From: Eledone cirrhosa
Lineage: Eukaryota
Assembly: GCA_964016885.1 (NCBI GenBank)
Contig: CAXHJY010001554.1
Location: forward strand, 19,898 to 83,897
Length of the DNA: 64,000 bases
Direction: 5' to 3'
Under the pieces are notes generated by a model, which saw only the letters and a list, made by a program, of their open reading frames with translations, was not told where the DNA came from and ran no database searches. The stretch's first letter is position 1; the number at the start of each line of letters is the position of its first letter. The position numbers and the translations under genes were made by a program. This document shows positions 58,811 through 64,000 of this stretch, piece after piece.

Positions 58811-59019
58811 TCTCTCTCTCCCTCTGACCCCCCCCCACTCTTCCCGCTATCTCTCTCGCTCCCCTCTTCTGTCTCCCCCTTTTCTTTTCTTTTCTTCTGT
58901 TTCTCTTTCTTTCTTTTTCTCTCGCTGGAGTTATATCTCTATCTCCCTCCCTCACCCTGTCCCTCTCTAACCTCTACTCTACACCTCCCACTGTCCCTCT
59001 TTCTCCCCTCCACAGCGAA

Positions 59020-59988
59020 ATGGACTGCATGCAGGAAAAATGGGAAAAATGTGAAATCAGGAGTCAGCGAAACTGGTCGAAGATTGAACTAGCGGTTTTG
59101 ATCAAGGGGTGGACTATGGCTGATGGGTCTCCACCAAGCAAAAAGATGGCGGAGAACCTGAAGAGCCATGGGTTTATGAGGACCCTGGTACAGATAGAGA
59201 GAAAGAGAAAAGAAATTGAGAAGGCGTATGTCCTCATAGCGCCTCATATGGCGATGCTAAGCCGTGTCCTCAGGGAGGAGAAAATCGAAGGGAGGGATGA
59301 GGAGAAGGAGAGGGAAAAGGAAGAGGAAAAGGAAAGGGAAAAAGAAAAGGAGGAGAGCACAAGCACGGACCTGAAAGAAAATGATATACCCTCCGCTACA
59401 GGCAGGGAGGGCAGGCCGGGCAACCAACAAGCTAAGGGCAAAGGTGAAAAGCGAAATCACCTTCCGAAGGAGAACCAAGCGCAGAGGGACCAGTGGACAA
59501 CTGTTCAAAGAAAGAACAGAAAGCACCGAGACACTGGGAGCAAAAAACACCAAGTAATGTGCAAGTTTTTCAAGAACGGGACATGCTGGCATGGAGAGAC
59601 AGGGATGGGATGCAGATTCGCCCACCCTAGGTCTCAAACGAACTATGCCCATCATACTCGCGCAACATGCCCCAGCCAAAGCCGAAGCCGAAATAAGCCG
59701 CTCCAGAAGTATGCTGATGTCGCGCGTGCTGCACCAACAAGGAGAAGGCACGCACATGCCGACGAGATACAGATGGCAGCAGCAGATCAGAAAAATTTTT
59801 TAGTGATGGCAGAGAAGATTGTGGGACAGCTGACCTGGCTGCATCGTCTCCAGAGCCAGGGTCATCCACACCAGCACTCGAGACCACCGCAGTTAAGGGA
59901 CCCAGAGTGGCCGCCGCTGACACCAGACCAGGTGTCATACCGACAGCCATTACTGGCACCCCAAAAGTCACACCAGTGCTGCTGCTGA
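59020..59988 (+). CDS. LINE ORF1: Myb/SANT-like N-terminus, charged linker, CCCH zinc finger
   Basis: WSKIELAVLIKGW..MAENLKSHGFMRTLVQIERKRKEI; CKFFKNGTCWHGETGMGCRFAHP; uninterrupted 322 aa. Confidence 0.8.
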   Translation: MDCMQEKWEKCEIRSQRNWSKIELAVLIKGWTMADGSPPSKKMAENLKSHGFMRTLVQIERKRKEIEKAYVLIAPHMAMLSRVLREEKIEGRDEEKEREKEEEKEREKEKEESTSTDLKENDIPSATGREGRPGNQQAKGKGEKRNHLPKENQAQRDQWTTVQRKNRKHRDTGSKKHQVMCKFFKNGTCWHGETGMGCRFAHPRSQTNYAHHTRATCPSQSRSRNKPLQKYADVARAAPTRRRHAHADEIQMAAADQKNFLVMAEKIVGQLTWLHRLQSQGHPHQHSRPPQLRDPEWPPLTPDQVSYRQPLLAPQKSHQCCC

Positions 59989-62948
59989 ATGTCAGGGGCC
60001 TGGTGAAACTCAGCAACATGAGTAAAATTTCCTACCTGGGAGACTTAGCCATAAGCAATCAAGCACTATGCATGGCACTAACCGAAACGCACCTGACAAG
60101 CAGTATAGCAGATGCAGAAATACATATACCGAAATATACTGTATTTCGTTCGGACAGGAAGGAGAGAACTCATGGTGGGGTTGCTCTGTATATCCGTGAA
60201 GATGTCACACCAATTGTACTGTTGACACATTCAAACTCAGTCTGTGACACACTGATAATACATATGAAGCAACTACAGACGGTAATATGTGTCACATATC
60301 GGCCGCCCGATGCCCCCAGTCATGAGGGTAAATTTGAGGATAGCCTAAGTAGGATAGAAGAGGTCCTTGACAAACTGGACCAGGGTCTCAACATCCTACT
60401 GCTGGGAGACTTCAACCTACCAAAGGTCAAATGGCCTGAGGGCCACCTCCTCCCTGGAATGACGTCAATAGAACAGAGAGAGACGGAATCCCTGCTGGCC
60501 CTCACACACAGGCTGTTCATGGAGCAAGCAATACTCCTCCCAACAAGAGGCGAAAATGTCCTGGACCTCTGTTTTACAAACAACGAAGTGCTCATCCACA
60601 ATGTAAAGGTGACACCAACAATTCTCTCGGATCATAACTTGGTAGAGCTAATGATATGTGGTCCAAGAGAACCAACAGAGACAAAACCACCAAGAAGCTC
60701 CGGGACGCTATCCAGCCTTAACTTCTACGGGGCTGACTGGAAGAAGATTAAGAGTGAAATCCGGAAGCAAACATGGAGTGCAAACATCGCCACACAAGAC
60801 ACTAACACACAATTTCAACACTTCATGACAACGATACACACCATATGCAAAAAGTGTGTCCCGGAGAAAGAGGCAAACAGACACAAAAATCTTATTCCCA
60901 GAGATAGGAAAATCCTTATGAGACGTAGAACTAAACTCTCAAACCAGTTGAATAGTCAACAAAACCAAAACAAGAAGGAATCCTATTTGAAACGTGCACT
61001 ACTTGACACCGAGATTGCACTCAAGCTTTCACATGAGAATGAGAGGGCAAGGAAAGAGAACAGGGCCATAGAAAACATTAAAACAAACCCTAAGGCCTTC
61101 TTTAAATTTGCAAAAGAAACTGCCTCAGTACACTGCAAGATTGGACCACTCTTCCACACGGACGGTTCATTAATCGAAAATCCCCAAGAGATATGTGAAA
61201 TACTGAACGAACAGTACAAAAGTGTCTTCACATGTCCACTGAGGCACATGCAAATAACGAAGCCAGAGGAGTTCTTTGATGCCACAACACTACATCAAGA
61301 AATGGCAACCATCAACCACATAGACATAACGGAGGAGGATGTGGTGTACGCCATTGATGAAATTAGAACAGACTCGGCTGCTGGACCTGATGGATTCCCA
61401 GCAGTTCTCCTAAAAATATGTAAGCGGGCCTTAGCAACTCCACTGAAGATGCTCTTCAGAAGCTCCTTGGCTAGCGGTGTACTACCCAGGGAGCTGAAAG
61501 AAAGCACAATATGCCCTATCCATAAAGGAGGTAGTAGAGCGGAGGCCAAGAACTATAGGCCAGTCTCCCTGACGTCGCATATCAGTAAGGTCATGGAGCG
61601 AGTCGTCAGAAAGAAACTAATCACTTTCCTCGAAGAAAATGACTGCCTGACTAGCACGCAACATGGCTTCCGCCCAGGAAGAAGCTGCCTTACACAGCTG
61701 CTACATCACTACGACTGGGTACTGAGACAGCTACTAGACAGCTCACATGTAGACGTGATATATCTTGACTTTGCGAAGGCCTTTGACAAGGTCGACCACG
61801 GAATGATATGTCACAAACTACACGGACTCGGCATAACTGGAAAAGTAGGTGAGTGGCTGCATGGCTTCCTGAGGGACAGAAGCCAGGCAGTCGCAGCAAA
61901 TGGGGCCCTCTCGAGGGAAACACCGATAACAAGTGGGGTGCCTCAGGGGACAGTCCTGGGACCACTACTGTTTTTGGTGGCTCTCTCGGACATGCCCTCT
62001 GTGGTGCATGCAACAACATCCCTCACTAGCTATGCTGATGACACTAAGGTAGCACAGGCAATCAAAAACCCAGCTGACGCTGCCCTCTTACAGCAGGATC
62101 TGGATGCCATATACAGATGGGCAGAAGAAAACAACATGCAGTTTAATGCTGGCAAATTCCAAGCCCTACAATACAAACCTGCAAACACAAACACAAATAT
62201 AGCGGAACACAGCTACACAGGACCAGGAGGTACCGATATCCCCGTGTCAAAATCGATACGAGACCTGGGCATAGACATGAGCGATGATGCATCTTTTTCT
62301 TCACACATCATGAAGGTGGCGACAGCATGTAGACGATTCGCTGGCTAGATCTTGAGGACTTTCCTTACAAGAGATCGAGACACCATGTTGACACTGTGGA
62401 GGACTTTTGTCCTAAGCCGCCTGGACTACTGCTCCCAGCTGTGGTCACCCCATAGTGTCAAACTAACCACAGAGCTTGAGGCAATCCAGCGAAGCTACAC
62501 CAAGAGGATTGCCAAGATGAGGGAGACAAGCTACTGGGAGAGGCTGAAGGAACTGAACCTCTACTCCTTGGAGCGAAGACGGGAGAGATACGCAGTGATC
62601 TACATGTGGAAAATCCTGGAGGGACTAGCACCAAACTTTGGCATTGGGAGCTGGACCAACCGTCGAACAGGACGTCACTGTGTGGTGCCAAAGGTCCCGT
62701 CTTCCACATCTAGAATAAGGAGCAGGTATTGCAATAGCCTGGGATTCAAGGGCCCTCAACTCTTCAACAGGCTGCCGAGGCATCTGCGAGACTTGCATGA
62801 CGTGGAGGTGGATGTCTTTAAGAAACATCTCGACAACTTGTTATCCAGGATCCCGGATGAGCCCACAGCAAGACACGAGGGAAACCTAAGGGCAGCAGCA
62901 ACAAACTCCCTCCTACACCAGTGGCCAACCTATACAGGCTGGAGATAA
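59796..62948 (+). pseudogene. LINE ORF2 (APE endonuclease + RT), single in-frame TAG at 62346-62348
   Basis: LLNVRGL, LTETHL, GGVALY, YRPP, GDFN, LDL, SDH; GPDG, YRPVSLTS, QHGFR, DFAKAFDKV, GVPQG, YADD; 62352-62948 continues in the same frame. Confidence 0.93.
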
Positions 62949-63022
62949 AATGTGTAGCAACAAGGGCGGTGCCCCAGCATGGCCTCAGCCGGATGGCTGA
63001 AACAGGTAAAAGAGTAAAAGAG

Positions 63023-63110
<88 letters not shown>

Positions 63111-63114
63111 TATA

Positions 63115-63178
63115 TAAAATAAAGTACCAGTAATGTACTGGGTAATTGCTGGCCTTGTGCCTAAAGTAGAAACAATTA
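63115..63178 (+). mobile_element. 5'-truncated copy of the 28033/34590 SINE
   Basis: taaaataaagtaccagtaatgtactgggtaattgctggccttgtgcctaaagtagaaacaatta. Confidence 0.8.
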
Positions 63179-63437
63179 TATATATATATATATACATATA
63201 TATATGTATATTCATTATATATATACACACACACATCTATATATATATATACATTATATATATATACATTATATATATATATATATACATTATATATATA
63301 TGTATATATACATTATATATATACACACATATATATATATATATACATTATATATATACACACATATATATATATATATACATTATATATATATACACAC
63401 ATATATATATATATATACATTATATATATACACACAC

Positions 63438-63486
<49 letters not shown>

Positions 63487-63642
63487 ACATATTATATATA
63501 TATATACATTATATATACACACAAACACACACACACACACATATATATACATATATATATATATATACATTATATATACACACACATATATATATATATA
63601 TACATTATATATATACACACACACCTATATATATACACACAC

Positions 63643-63713
<71 letters not shown>
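63179..63713. repeat. (TA)/(CA) microsatellite
   Basis: Direct reading. Confidence 0.95.
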
Positions 63714-63714
<1 letters not shown>

Positions 63715-64000
63715 CAACTAGAAATTGATTAACATAAATAAACATATGAAACAATCACAAGGAATAATTTTTACAAGTGTGTAAGCACACATAGCTAGGT
63801 AGGTAACTAAATAAAGTTAACTAGAATTTCAAAAATAGATACCTTATAATATGACCATATGTAATCATATTATAACATGCACACATATATATATGCACGT
63901 ATCGGTTTACTGAACATTTATTATAATGCCCGGTTTGTTCGTTTGTTTGTAAACAAACAAACAGCCCGAATTACGCCGTACAGTGTTTAGGCAACCACGT

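Larger units (their letters stand above)
58131..63025 (+). mobile_element. Apparently full-length APE-type LINE (clade unresolved; CR1/L2-group or Proto2-like)
   Basis: 5' UTR, ORF1, ORF2 (APE+RT), short 3' UTR with hairpin TCAGCC-ggat-GGCTGA and (GTAAAAGA)n tail; flanked by (TA)n. Confidence 0.9.

Overview
Eukaryotic, very AT-rich, repeat-dominated DNA with no supportable host gene. The repeat content (tRNA-derived SINEs, vast TA/CA microsatellites) suggests an animal, probably a cephalopod; this is inference. Almost all long ORFs in the track are microsatellite or minisatellite artefacts. Real content: (1) a dense cluster of Penelope-like retroelements (PLEs) sitting in (TA)n tracts, including a 5'-truncated Naiad-like copy (3.5-7.1 kb), a near full-length decayed Neptune/Nematis-like copy (15.3-20.9 kb) and many fragments, mostly arranged as inverted repeats; (2) about 19 hammerhead-ribozyme motifs from about 10 unrelated pLTR families, several with unusual cores or very long stems; (3) two abutting minisatellite arrays (28-bp unit, 29.1-35.8 kb; 18-bp unit, 35.8-46.3 kb), the first with LTR-derived and SINE insertions; (4) a near-intact APE-RT LINE (58.1-63.0 kb). 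The strongest candidate for something new is that both the PLE and the LINE have an upstream ORF overlapping an AUG-less RT ORF in the -1 frame, with an in-phase U_UUU_UUA slippery heptamer, pointing to gag-pol-like programmed frameshifting in non-LTR elements. All alignments and folds were done by eye; coordinates may be off by a few bases.
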